Below are positions 22,956-33,748 of a stretch of 54,894 nt of DNA, in pieces. This DNA is from Thraustochytrium aureum (taxonomy: Eukaryota), in contig BLSG01000155.1 in the NCBI GenBank assembly GCA_012862495.1, forward strand, positions 9,833 to 64,726. Reading direction: 5' to 3'. A model generated the notes under the pieces. It had not been told where the DNA came from and did no database searches. It saw nothing but the letters and a program-made list of their open reading frames with translations. How positions within the stretch are numbered: the first letter of the stretch is position 1; each line of letters begins with the position of its first letter. A program made the position numbers and the translations under genes.

Positions 22956-25880
22956 ATGAACAACGTGAGATGCGGACTGCGCCCCAGATACGCGCCAAGG
23001 TGAGAGTGAAGCGCGTGTCACAGGGGAGCCAGCAACCGGGCAGCAGACCCGCAACGAACGCGGCAGCAGAGCAGCGCAGAGCAGACCAGCGCGCCAGCCA
23101 GCCACGCAGGCACGCAGGCACGCAGGCAGGCAGGCAGGCAGGCAGGAAGCGCGCGCGACTCGGCCCCGGCGGTCGCAGAAGAGTCCTCTCTCGATCTCTG
23201 ACTTACTTACCTCCAGGGGAAGTGCGCCACTCGCGCGCTCAGCTCTCTCCAGCGCGGCAGCTCCAGCAGCCGGCCTGCCAAAGCGGCGCGACGCTGCGGC
23301 NNNNNNNNNNNNNNNNNNNNNNNNNNNNNNNNNNNNNNNNNNNNNNNNNNNNNNNNNNNNNNNNNNNNNNNNNNNNNNNNNNNNNNNNNNNNNNNNNNNN
23401 NNNNNNNNNNNNNNNNNNNNNNNNNNNNNNNNNNNNNNNNNNNNNNNNNNNNNNNNNNNNNNNNNNNNNNNNNNNNNNNNNNNNNNNNNNNNNNNNNNNN
23501 NNNNNNNNNNNNNNNNNNNNNNNNNNNNNNNNNNNNNNNNNNNNNNNNNNNNNNNNNNNNNNNNNNNNNNNNNNNNNNNNNNNNNNNNNNNNNNNNNNNN
23601 NNNNNNNNNNNNNNNNNNNNNNNNNNNNNNNNNNNNNNNNNNNNNNNNNNNNNNNNNNNNNNNNNNNNNNNNNNNNNNNNNNNNNNNNNNNNNNNNNNNN
23701 NNNNNNNNNNNNNNNNNNNNNNNNNNNNNNNNNNNNNNNNNNNNNNNNNNNNNNNNNNNNGTTTCTGTGCCCGTGCGGCCAGATGCTCATGTCGCCGGTG
23801 CAAGCGCCCGCCCCACAGCGCGTGCAACACGTTCGATGCCCGAATTGCTCGACGACGCTGGCGCCGCCGCCCGGCGCGCCGATCTTCCGGTGCCCGTGCG
23901 GGACACACCTGCGCGCCCCGAACCTTGGCAACATGGGAGCCTCGCAGGCTCGCATGGACGTTTCCGGCGGGAGCGGGCCGAGTGGCAGTGGCCGAGACAC
24001 CGACAGCAGAAGAGATGCTTTCGACCAGTCGCAGAGCGAGGTTGTGGCCAACCTGATGCACCTCCGCGGCGAGCAGCAGTGGCTTCGCACTGCCGCCCCG
24101 GACGGGCAAACCATGGTCTGGAAGAACCTCCAGTCGGATGACGAGAGCCGGCGCAAGCTGCTCCTGGAAGAAAAGTGCATCAAAGAGCTGAGCGAGAACG
24201 TCGACAAGCTCGACACCGATGGGCTCTACGAAAAGCTAGAGGCGATGGGCATTGACACGACCGACTGCACCGAAAAGGAGGACCTCAAGGACAAGCTCAA
24301 GCACTCGCCCGAGGTGCTCATGAAGGTCACAGTGAACGAGCTCAAGAAGCGCCTCGAGGCCCTTGGCGCGAGCTTTGAAGACGTCATCGAAAAGGACGAG
24401 CTGGTGAACCGGCTTGTCACGGCCGCATGGCACGAGGGTCTCTACGAGGATGGCTACGTGCGCGAGGTAAACCCGGACTACTCGCTCGACTGGATCCCCG
24501 CGAGCAAGTCGCGCCTCGACCCCCGCCGCTCGCCGCGCCCCATGTCGCCGAGCGACATTGAGCACATGAGCTCGCAGCCCTTCATGGCAAAGCTCAAGTG
24601 GTTTCGCGAGCAGATGGCTGCAATGAAGATCAAGTGGGAGGACGGCCGCGTGCAGATCAAGGTGCGCAGAAAGGAGCTCCTGCGCGACTCGTTCACCAAC
24701 CTGAACAAGCTGCGCGCCGAGGACATGCACCGATACTTTCGCTTCGAGTTTATCGGCGAGGAGGGCATCGACGCCGGAGGGCTCGCGCGCGAGTGGTTCC
24801 AGCTTGTCACGGACCAGTGCTTCAACGTCGACTTTGGCCTCTTCGAGTACTCTGGGGTGGACAACATCTGCTACCAGATCAACCCGAGCTCGGGCATCGC
24901 CAACGAGCTGCACCTCAAGTACTTTTACTTCTTGGGCCGCGTCATGGGCAAGGCCCTCTTCGACGGCCACGTCATCGCGGCTCACATGACGCGCCCGCTC
25001 TACAAGCATCTCTTGGGTTTTCCAATCACCCAGGACGACATCGAGTTCGTGGACGCGCAGATCCACAAGTCCATGAAGGACATTCGCGAGTGCGACGACG
25101 CCGAGTTCCTCTACCTCGACTTCACCACCGCGGTTCGCGTATTTGGCGAGACGCAGACGGTCGAGCTCAAGCCGGGCGGCGCCAACATCGAGGTCACCAA
25201 CGAGAACCGCGAAAACTACCTCCACCTCTTGGTCAAGTACATTCTCTTCGACCGTATCGCGCCGCAGCTCGCGATGCTGCTCCGCGGGTTTTACGAGGTC
25301 GTCCCGCCCAACCTCTTGGCCGTCTTTGACTACCAGGAACTCGAGCTCGTGCTCTGCGGCTTGCCCAACGTCAACGTGGACGACTGGTGCGCCAACACCA
25401 TGTACCGCGGCGTGTACGCTGCCAAGGGGGCCAACCACGAGGTCGTTCGCATGTTTTGGCAGTGCATGCGGGAGTTTTCAGAGGAGCAAAAGGCGCGCTT
25501 TCTCCAGTTTGCCACGGGGACTTCGCGGGTCCCGGTGCAGGGCTTCGGGGCCCTCCAGGGCAACGACGGGAACATCAAGCTCTTCACAATCGACTCGGTG
25601 GTACGTTTTCTCTTGCCGCTTGCCCAAGCTTTCGCTGCCCGCTCGCCCAGCCTTGCGCTGCCCGCTTGCCCAGCCTTTGGCTGCCCGCTTGCCCGCTTGT
25701 CGGAATGCCGCCCGCTGACGGTGCGGTGCGTTCGCGCAGAAATTCGAAACTTCGGTTTTCCCTCGCGCACATACGTGCTTCAACCGCATCGAGCTCCCTC
25801 TCTACCCTTCGTACCCGGTCCTGCGCAAGTACATCCTGCAGGCCCTGCAGCTCGAGGCTGTCGGGTTCAACCAAGAGTAG
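22956..25880 (+). CDS. HECT-domain E3 ubiquitin ligase with N-terminal Cys-rich zinc-ribbon repeats; start uncertain
   Basis: FLCPCG, VRCPNCSTTL..PPGAPIFRCPCG; HECT FIGEEGIDAGGLAREWF, FLQFATGTSRVP. Intron 25601-25739 (GTACGT..CTGAC..GCAG) restores FPRAHTCFNRIELP (catalytic Cys) and the stop at 25878-25880. A putative first exon 22956-22999 and intron 23000-23216 (GTGAGA..CTGAC..CCAG) lie before gap 23301-23760, so their linkage is inferred. Confidence 0.9.
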
Positions 25881-26064
25881 GTTGGGTGAAGTGAGCTCTA
25901 GTGTTGCGTTTTCTTGTTGTGAAGAGAGCGCGGCGCACGCGGAGGAGGCAGACCCAGCAGGGTACTAGTAAGGTAGAGTATCTTACTCAGGTGTGTGTGT
26001 AGGAGGTTTCGGGGCTATCCAATCCAACGCGTCTTGCTTTTTCTCTGGTTGCACAGCGAGCCGC

Positions 26065-27474
26065 CTACGCGTCCTCTTCATCTTCGGTCGCGCTCTCAGA
26101 GCCAGAGCTATACGCCGGCGCCTTGTCCTCGGCCGACTGCGACGTAGGCTGGCTCTCGGCGCTTGCAGCTGCGGCCTGCTGTGCTGCTATCTTGCCGCGA
26201 AATCGCTGCACGGTTTCCCATGCGGGCGACCACCATGAGGGCGCGACCTCCATTGCCAGAAGGCCCTGTTCGAGGGCCGCGCCGAGGTCGCCAGCGCGCT
26301 CCAAGCACTCGGCCATCCCCAGCCGGTACACCTTGTCCCTTGGCCTGAGAGCCACGCATCGCTCTTGGTACACCAAAGCGTCGTCGAGGTGGCCGGCTTG
26401 CGAGGCGTCCCATGCGAGCTCTGCGAACACCTCTGCATCGCCGGACGCCGTCGCCTCGTCCCGCTGCGACCCGCCGCTTTGCTCGTGCGCCTCGAAAACG
26501 CAGCTCGCAATTGTCGCAAAGTCGACCTTTTCGAGCACCGTGTCATCTGTGACGCGCTCGTGCTCGTGTCGGTAGGCCTCCAGGCCGACGTTGAACGTGT
26601 GAGGTTTGAGCAGTGTGGCGATAGGAAACCTGACCAAACCAGCTGTCACGGCACCCCCGCGGTCCTGCTGGACACTCTGCGCGGCCTCGGACTCTTGCCG
26701 CTCCTTGTCAATGAGAAACAAACGCGTGCGCGTGTCCTCGTACAGCGCAAAAGGCAGCGCGCCGCAGCAGAGTCCGGTGCCGAGCGCCCCAATCATGTCA
26801 AACACCTCGTTTGCCTGGTCGTCTACCGCTTGCCGCTGTGCAATCGCCCGGCAGAACGTAATAAACTCTTCCCTGCTGATGAGCCCGTCGCGGTTTGCGT
26901 CTATGGCGCGGACGGCGCCGTGAAATAAGCGAGGCACGAGCAGCGCTTGGAGGAGGCTGGACTTGCCCACAAACTTTACCACGCGCTTGTTCTTGCGCAG
27001 CGCACGCCGAATCTCTTGCACGGTCAGCGACCCGCTCTTGTCAGCGTCCATCAGGTCGAACACGGCGTTCACCTCGGCGAGCTCGCTGTCTTCTTCGCGC
27101 CCATCCTTCTCCATGCTGGTCAGAAGCTCGGCCTCGAGGCTTGCTAGGCCGTCTGGGCTTAGCGGGGAGAGAAATTCGAGCTCATCAGGGCTCTCTGGCC
27201 CGCCGAGCGCGCTTTCGGGGCTGCGGGGTGGCCGCTTGTCGCGTTTTGGGTTGGGGGAGGGTTTGCGAGACTTGGAGTCCGCCTTTTGCGCGGACGGCTT
27301 GCGCTCCTTTTGCGTCTTCTTGGCAATGCTCTTGCTGCTCATCGCCGTGGCGGGTCGCTTTGCCTCGGTGGTTGGGCCGCCGCTTGGTTTCTTCTTCTTC
27401 TTGTTTTTGTTGTCCGCATCGTCGCTAGCGCCTCTCGCCGCGGCAGCGCTCTTTGGTCTACTTGCCGAGCCCAT
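26065..27474 (-). CDS. EF-hand and TPR-containing protein
   Basis: Lys-rich N-terminus; EF loops DADKSGSLTVQE and DANRDGLISREE; a degenerate second copy (VFDMIGALGTG..LLKPHTF); TPR-like helices GHLDDALVYQERCVALRP and GDLGAALEQGLLAMEVAP. Confidence 0.8.
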   Translation of the reverse strand: MGSASRPKSAAAARGASDDADNKNKKKKKPSGGPTTEAKRPATAMSSKSIAKKTQKERKPSAQKADSKSRKPSPNPKRDKRPPRSPESALGGPESPDELEFLSPLSPDGLASLEAELLTSMEKDGREEDSELAEVNAVFDLMDADKSGSLTVQEIRRALRKNKRVVKFVGKSSLLQALLVPRLFHGAVRAIDANRDGLISREEFITFCRAIAQRQAVDDQANEVFDMIGALGTGLCCGALPFALYEDTRTRLFLIDKERQESEAAQSVQQDRGGAVTAGLVRFPIATLLKPHTFNVGLEAYRHEHERVTDDTVLEKVDFATIASCVFEAHEQSGGSQRDEATASGDAEVFAELAWDASQAGHLDDALVYQERCVALRPRDKVYRLGMAECLERAGDLGAALEQGLLAMEVAPSWWSPAWETVQRFRGKIAAQQAAAASAESQPTSQSAEDKAPAYSSGSESATEDEEDA

Positions 27475-28247
27475 GAGTCTGCTTGAGCAAGCAAGCGCCT
27501 GCGCTGCCACCGCGGTCCTCCACCTCGGCTAGAGCTCAGGGAGTGCAGCGACGACGAGGCTGTACGGCGAGGCTGGTGCGGGATCGAAAGGCAAGGAGCG
27601 CGCCAACAGCAAGGNNNNNNNNNNNNNNNNNNNNNNNNNNNNNNNNNNNNNNNNNNNNNNNNNNNNNNNNNNNNNNNNNNNNNNNNNNNNNNNNNNNNNN
27701 NNNNNNNNNNNNNNNNNNNNNNNNNNNNNNNNNNNNNNNNNNNNNNNNNNNCGGCAAGACAAGCCCGAGCCACCCGATGCTGCTCGAATGTCGGGGTTGC
27801 CAGCCGTTCCACCGTCTAAATGGCCGGTGCAAGTCAACGGATCTCCCGACTTGTTCCACCCGCTTTCACGCGCAAGTGCAGGCGCGACAACTGCGCGATA
27901 GCTCTGGAGCAAGCTCAAGGCAACCTCTTTCTCCAGTGAGGCATCAGAGTTTGGCAGAATCCAGCGCCCTCGAGCAGTTGTCCCCCCCTGCGCGTTGCCC
28001 AAGGCGCTTGCACAGGTGGAGTGTCCGTTGATACAGCGACCAACGAAACCGTGTGGGCAAGCCGTTTCGCGTGCGATTCTGCGAGTTTATTTACCTTCTG
28101 CGAGGTGCTTCGACGATCAAAGCGCTGGCCTGATGACTGTGATGCTATGATGTCGCTCACAGCGCCTCCAACCTGTATCAAAGTTCAAGGACGCCACATG
28201 CTTGTTTCAATGAGTTCGGTCCAATGCGCGAATCGACAATCGCAAGC

Positions 28248-30229
28248 ATGGTCGACGCAGCGGCGACCGCGCAGACAGCCGGCTCGACCCGCGCGACTGC
28301 GCGGCGTCGGGGAACGACGGCGTGGCTTGGGGCAAATGAGCAAGACCTGACGATATGGGAGGTCGACTCGAGGGACACCTTGGCCAAGTTGCTTTTTGGA
28401 GAGCGCTTTGCGGCATTCCTCTTCGAGATACTCAAGCGCACACGGCTCTTGGTATGGCTGAGCCTGTGTATACCAACTCTGTTTGGGTTTGGGGCAGCGT
28501 TCACATTTTTTCGACCTGTCCGCGAACACTTCGGACCAGAGCGGAGCGCTGCTTTCGTAAGCATAGTGAGCGTGCTGCAAATTTTCCACGGTTTGTTTTG
28601 GTCTTTGTTCACCAATGTGGGGTTGGCAAGGACAATATTCTGCCGCGGCAGAGCCCCAGTATTCATGATTGCCTCGCTTCTTCTTTACTCCGCCGCAATG
28701 GGCACGGCCTTCGGGATCTGGACTCCTCATGGAGCCTTGTACTTCTCCAACGGACTGGCGTTGATGAATTGGTACGTTTTGTACGATGTCCAGCATCCCT
28801 CTACTCGAGACGCAGGATGTCATGTTCACGTCATCCACGCTGCTGTTGGCTGGGTAGTCCTTGCGCTTGGCGCATTCCGCTCCAACGACGCGGCAGAGCT
28901 CATACGGCCAAATGCATCGATCGGCTTTGCATTCCTAGACACCAAGATCGAGCTTCACGCGCTCGTCCTCGGCCTGAGCGAACTGGCCAACGTCAACATC
29001 ATTTCTATTCGCTTCCTGTACTGCTCTGTTTTTCGGCCGGGCGACGTTTTAGCTTGGCGTGCGCCCTTGGAGAACATTTTCTCCCCAGCGCCTGTTGATG
29101 GGGACGTCGATGCAGCATTGGGGCCCTCTGCTTTGCTGCACAAGGCGGACCCGCTGCTCCAGCAAGCCCTTGCTCTGCTCAAGCCCCTCGGGAAAAGCAC
29201 GGTGGTCGCCCCTGTGCCGGGCCAAGCACGCGTGCACACATTGGCAACCGAGGGGAAACAGCCAAAGGCGTACAGGCGCATCTTCTACATCGAGCCTCGG
29301 TTTGCGATCAAGCACCAGATCGACAGGCGCGACACGGTCGGGAAGAGGATTTTTGGCGAACGACTCGCAAATCAGTGGTTCAGGGTATCCCGCAAGTTCC
29401 ACGTAGCTGAGCTTGCGATGTTTGCAATGCTGGTCAGCGGGCTCGTGTCCATCGGGAGCGTGTTTTCTCCTTCGTTTCGCGAGTCGAGCGCACAGGTCGC
29501 TTCACTGAGCGTCATTTATGTGCGTTGTCGTTCTCGCTCACTGCCGCGCAGCAAGTGTTCTTTCTCAACGCTTCGATGGCTGGCTACAGCTTTGTGGACT
29601 TTCAGGTATGTTTTGGGTTGTCTTGCAAGGCGGTTGTCATCGCGCTGACACTGGGAAAAACGCGAGTTCGCTGCAGGTTTGGCTCTCGTTGTATTTTGCT
29701 CTGGCGGCGTATATCCCGCTCGTTTACCTGTTTTCGGGTAGCAGCCGCGCGTTTCATCTTTGGCGTACTTGCAATCCACTCGTCGATGCAGGCAGTCATG
29801 GTAGACTCGGTGTATCGCGGACGGGACAAGCCACAAGTGCGGACATTCCTCGTGTTTCTTCAGCTTGTCGTTACTGTGACGACGGTTTTGTGCTTGAGCC
29901 TTGCCTCCGGTGGCCTGGAAGGGCCTCTCCACGTCTCCGTAGTCCTTCATCTCGTGGAGTTGGCCCCAGGATTGACGCTTTACATCAACCCCTTCACTCT
30001 GGCTTTGACGAAGCAGGCGAGCCTCGCGTGTTTGGTGTTTTTCCGTGCGGTTGTGCTCAGCTACTTCTACCCGAAACAGCTTTTGTCCACAACCGCTACG
30101 TGGCGCGTGGCCAAGGCCGATGACGACGGGCTGAGGTATCTGATGGAGGAGCGCAAGTTGCAAGCGGCCCGCATGGCGAGCGGCGCAAAGACCAGCAAGC
30201 GAGCAAAGTCTGTGACACCGTTGAAGTGA
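28248..30229 (+). CDS. Uncharacterised multipass membrane protein, paralog 1 of a tandem trio (internally duplicated, about 2x6 TM)
   Basis: Long hydrophobic ORFs. Intron 29606-29676 after DFQ (GTATGT..CTGAC..GCAG). Two 1-nt frameshifts (~29521, ~29752) inferred from paralog alignment. Alternative ATG at 28224. Confidence 0.8.
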
Positions 30230-30630
30230 TCGACTGCACGTCCTCGCGGCAAGTCGGGCGAAGCCGGCTGCGTCGTTGCCAGACTTACTGAACGATAAAA
30301 CGTTAAAACCCAACTTTCCCAACTGGTGTGGTCTGGGCATGCGACCTGCTCGTGGTTCCGCCACGTTGCGAAGGTGGCTGGCGAGGCCAGCGTCGAGCAT
30401 GGCCGAACTGCAGCCCCGCCATGCGAATCTTGCGAGCGCTCTCCCTCGTCTCAATTGAAATCAATGCTAGCTACTGAGCAGACTCAGAGGCAGCCAGCCC
30501 GGTTGGAACTCGGAACGTGAGTAACGAGGATCAGCGACGTGAAGTTCATTTTGTTCCATACGCATTGCGTTTTCAGATGCGTTGAGACTCACTTACTTAC
30601 ACAGCGCATTCGCATTCAGACCGCGGAAGC

Positions 30631-32735
30631 ATGGCCCCACGCGTTGAGGAGGCCGACGGGGCACCCAGACCAGCGATGGTTGCTGGCCGACCCGGTGACG
30701 TCGGCATGGGAGAAGAGAATGGCGCTCTTGCACCGTCGGCGCTGCCTTCGCGGCCGGCCCCCACCCTGGGGACACAGGCGCCCCGCAACAAAGGGAAGCA
30801 GAAAAGGCCAATCGCGCAGAGCTACCAGGGCGCGATGCTTGCTATCGGTCCGGACAGTCGGCATACCCAAATGTGGGCGGTCGACTCGCGCGACACTGTC
30901 GCTTCACACCTGTTTGGCAGCAAGTTCGGGAGGGAGTACTTTGTCCTGCTCCACAAAACCAACTTCGTGCAAGTTCTCTCGCTCGCTGCGATCGTGCTCG
31001 TCTGCTTTGGTTGCTTTTTGATATTCTCGCGGTCTCTCCGCGGCAGGCTTGGTCGGTCCGCGACGAATGGGATCTTCTTTGCTGCAACCGTGTCCCAGCT
31101 CTTGTCCACTGCGTTGGGGGCAATGTCCATTAACGCGGGCATGGCGCGGTGGATTTTGAAGCATGGGCACACGTCAATCTTCATGGTCTCATCAGTCCTT
31201 CTCCACGGCGTTGCAATGGGGCTCGCGTTTGGGGTGTGGACTGGGCCGGGATTGATGCTCATCTCCAATGGCATGAGTCTCTCCGCGTGGTATCTGCTGT
31301 ACGACATGCATCACACGTCCGGCAGGCGCCACGGGCCGTTGTGGCATTTCCTGATTGTAGTCGCTGGGTCAATCACACTCTACCTTGGCGTATTTCGGGC
31401 CGGCGAAGCAGCAGAGCTCCTGGCCCCAAACGCCGCACTCAACTTTGCGCTTGGGGATGGCGCAACGGCGCAGCTGCACGCCTTTACCTTTGGGCTAGGC
31501 GAGCTGGCCAACGTCAACATCGTGGGCCTCCGTTACTTGTACTGCTCTCTTCGGCGCCCGTGCGACCTTACAGCCTGGCGGGCGCCGCTTCACTTGAGCG
31601 AAGTGAACGATGAGGCGTATGTCAGAGACTGCGCCGAAAGGGTGCGACAGCGATTCGAAGACATCCAGTTTCTTCCAGCGAGCAAAGGCGCTCCTCGGGC
31701 AGCTAACGAGAGTCGGCACCGCGAGTCGCTTCGGGTTTTGCGTGTAGAGTCACGATTTCCAGGCCTGTATCTCATTGACAAGTACGACACGCTCGGGCGG
31801 CGTCTCTTTGGCATACGATTCGCGCGCTCTTGGTTCAGAGCGACGCGCCGCCTTCGCGTTGTGCCGGTCGCGACAATAATTGCAATTTCCTGCTGCGCGA
31901 TTGCCCTCCCGCATACGTTCTCTGCAAGCTTCCGGGAAGCAACAAACGGCTCGCTTGGAGCGTCCGTCTGGCTTTTGGGTATCTCTCTTCTCGTCCTTGC
32001 CTCGCAGCAAATGATATTCCTCAACATACCGCTCGCCAGCTTTTGCATGTCGGACTTTCAGGTTAGTTGCTCGTTCGCTCGTCGCGGGCGCAGGTTGGGC
32101 TCGTTACTGACTCGGGCTCCTTGGCGCTCATTTCGCAGTCGTGGCTTGCCCTCGCTTACTGCTTTACTGGATACTTTTCGATGGCCTTTGTGACACGAGG
32201 AAGGCCAAGTGGCTTTCTGTTCATTTGCGCCGGCATTCATGCCGCTGTGCAGGTCATGTTTGGCGACGCGATATTTCGGAGCGTCGCAAAGCCTATGACG
32301 CGCGCCGTATTTGCCGTCGCAGAATTTGCGCTGACCGCCGCCGCGCTGGTCGGGCTCGCTCTTGGGTCAAAGGACCTTGAGGGACCGCTCAACTCGAAGG
32401 TCGCCTTCCCGCTAATCACTTTTCCCAACGGCAGCAGCCTGACGATCAACGCTTTTGCGCTTGGGCTCTCCAAGCAAACGCTCTTGAACGTGTTGGTGCT
32501 CTTTCGCATCGCGGTTCACAGCTATACAAGCCCGCATCGCCTCTTTTTCGTCGCTGCCGTTTGGAAGCTCGAACGTCTCACCAGAGAAGACTTTGACACC
32601 ATTCGCGAAAACCGCTCGGCCATTCTCGAGCAGACGCGCGGTCTTGCGATTGGGACGGAGCTTCAGGTCTCCAAGGTCTTGGCGCATCGGAAAGTGGCGC
32701 CGAACGTTGTACAAAGCGTGCCCTTCGCCAAGTGA
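30631..32735 (+). CDS. Uncharacterised multipass membrane protein, paralog 2 (675 aa after splicing)
   Basis: Exons 30631-32061 and 32139-32735 joined by a GT-AG intron after DFQ (GTTAGT..CTGAC..GCAG); intact. Shares WAVDSRDT, ELANVNI and AWRAPL with paralog 1. Confidence 0.88.
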
Positions 32736-33748
32736 CTCGGAGGCGCGAGGGAACAGACCCACCCAGCCACGAGGATCAGCGGGCTTGCACCAAGGGAGTA
32801 ATTTATTCGAAAAGAGTTTCGATCTCACATGCATCAATTCAAAGCGTGTGCCTTCTCAAAATGCGCGCAGCGCAGCCTCCCATAGAGTACCATCCGAACA
32901 GAGTGCGGGGCCGGCGCCTCCGAGTCGGCGGCAAAACGAACTCTCGCTCCCCTTGCCCGAAGTGCAGAATGCGAGAAGGAAATTTTAAACACTGCAGGCA
33001 CCCAAGGCACACGAGGAACGAAGTCAAGTGTCGAGCGCCAGGTCCGTTTGGGTCTCCTGCGCGCTTCGTAGTCTTGAAAAAGTCGCTGTTGCTCGCATGA
33101 GCGTGCTTCGATTTCTGGCCTCGCCACGGACATCTGCGCGGGTACGAAGTGGTGTTTTGGGGCTAACGCCCTGCCCAAACATGGACAAAGCCACAAAACT
33201 AGAAGACCGACCACGCCACTGCAGCGGCTCTCGTCTGGCGGCTCCTGTACCGCGCGGGGGGGGGCGGAAATGACTGAGCCCCGTGGGGCCGCCCCGTTTT
33301 TATTCTGAACAGCAAGAGGCGTTGGACGAGAGATCCGTTCAACGGATAGGATCGCACTGCCTGTTCCCCACGCCCACGCTCGGTAAGACAAGCCTCGCTC
33401 TGATTGGCTGGCTGGCTGGCTGGCCGGCCGCCGGCTGGCACTAGCTAGAGATCTCTCCCTCTCGAGAGAGCTGGACGCCTTCAGGGAGAGAGAAAAGCGC
33501 CAGTGGATTTGAGAGGCTTTCGAANCGGGGTTGACATGAGTCGAGGCTTTGCATGCTGCGGAGGTTCATCCTCCACATCCTCCGCCTCCATCGTCCACGT
33601 TGGGCAGGTTGGGCACTGCGCTTTTGAAGAAGGCATGTACAGGCCACGTATAGGCATCTAGCTAGAGAGAGTGGCGTCCGTTTGACGGGAAAGGTGCCGC
33701 AATTCAGTGTGCAGTTCGGAATCGATTGCGCTGCCGCACTTTGCCCCG

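Noticed and set aside
23100..23146. (GCAG)n run, plus similar (TGCG)n at about 10695-10735, as regulatory elements
   Set aside because: Ordinary microsatellites in intronic or intergenic DNA; no evidence of function.
25601..25894. HECT ORF read-through to 25894 as given by the ORF track
   Set aside because: It reads through an intron; only the spliced form restores the catalytic AHTCFN motif.
26705..26795. Non-canonical intron flanked by ATTG repeats in the EF-hand/TPR gene
   Set aside because: The segment is in frame and aligns as a degenerate copy of the first EF-hand unit, so it is coding.
27752..28200. Short ORFs beside the gap as a gene or a fourth paralog remnant
   Set aside because: No family motifs (no DSRDT/RAPL) and no recognisable domain; insufficient support.
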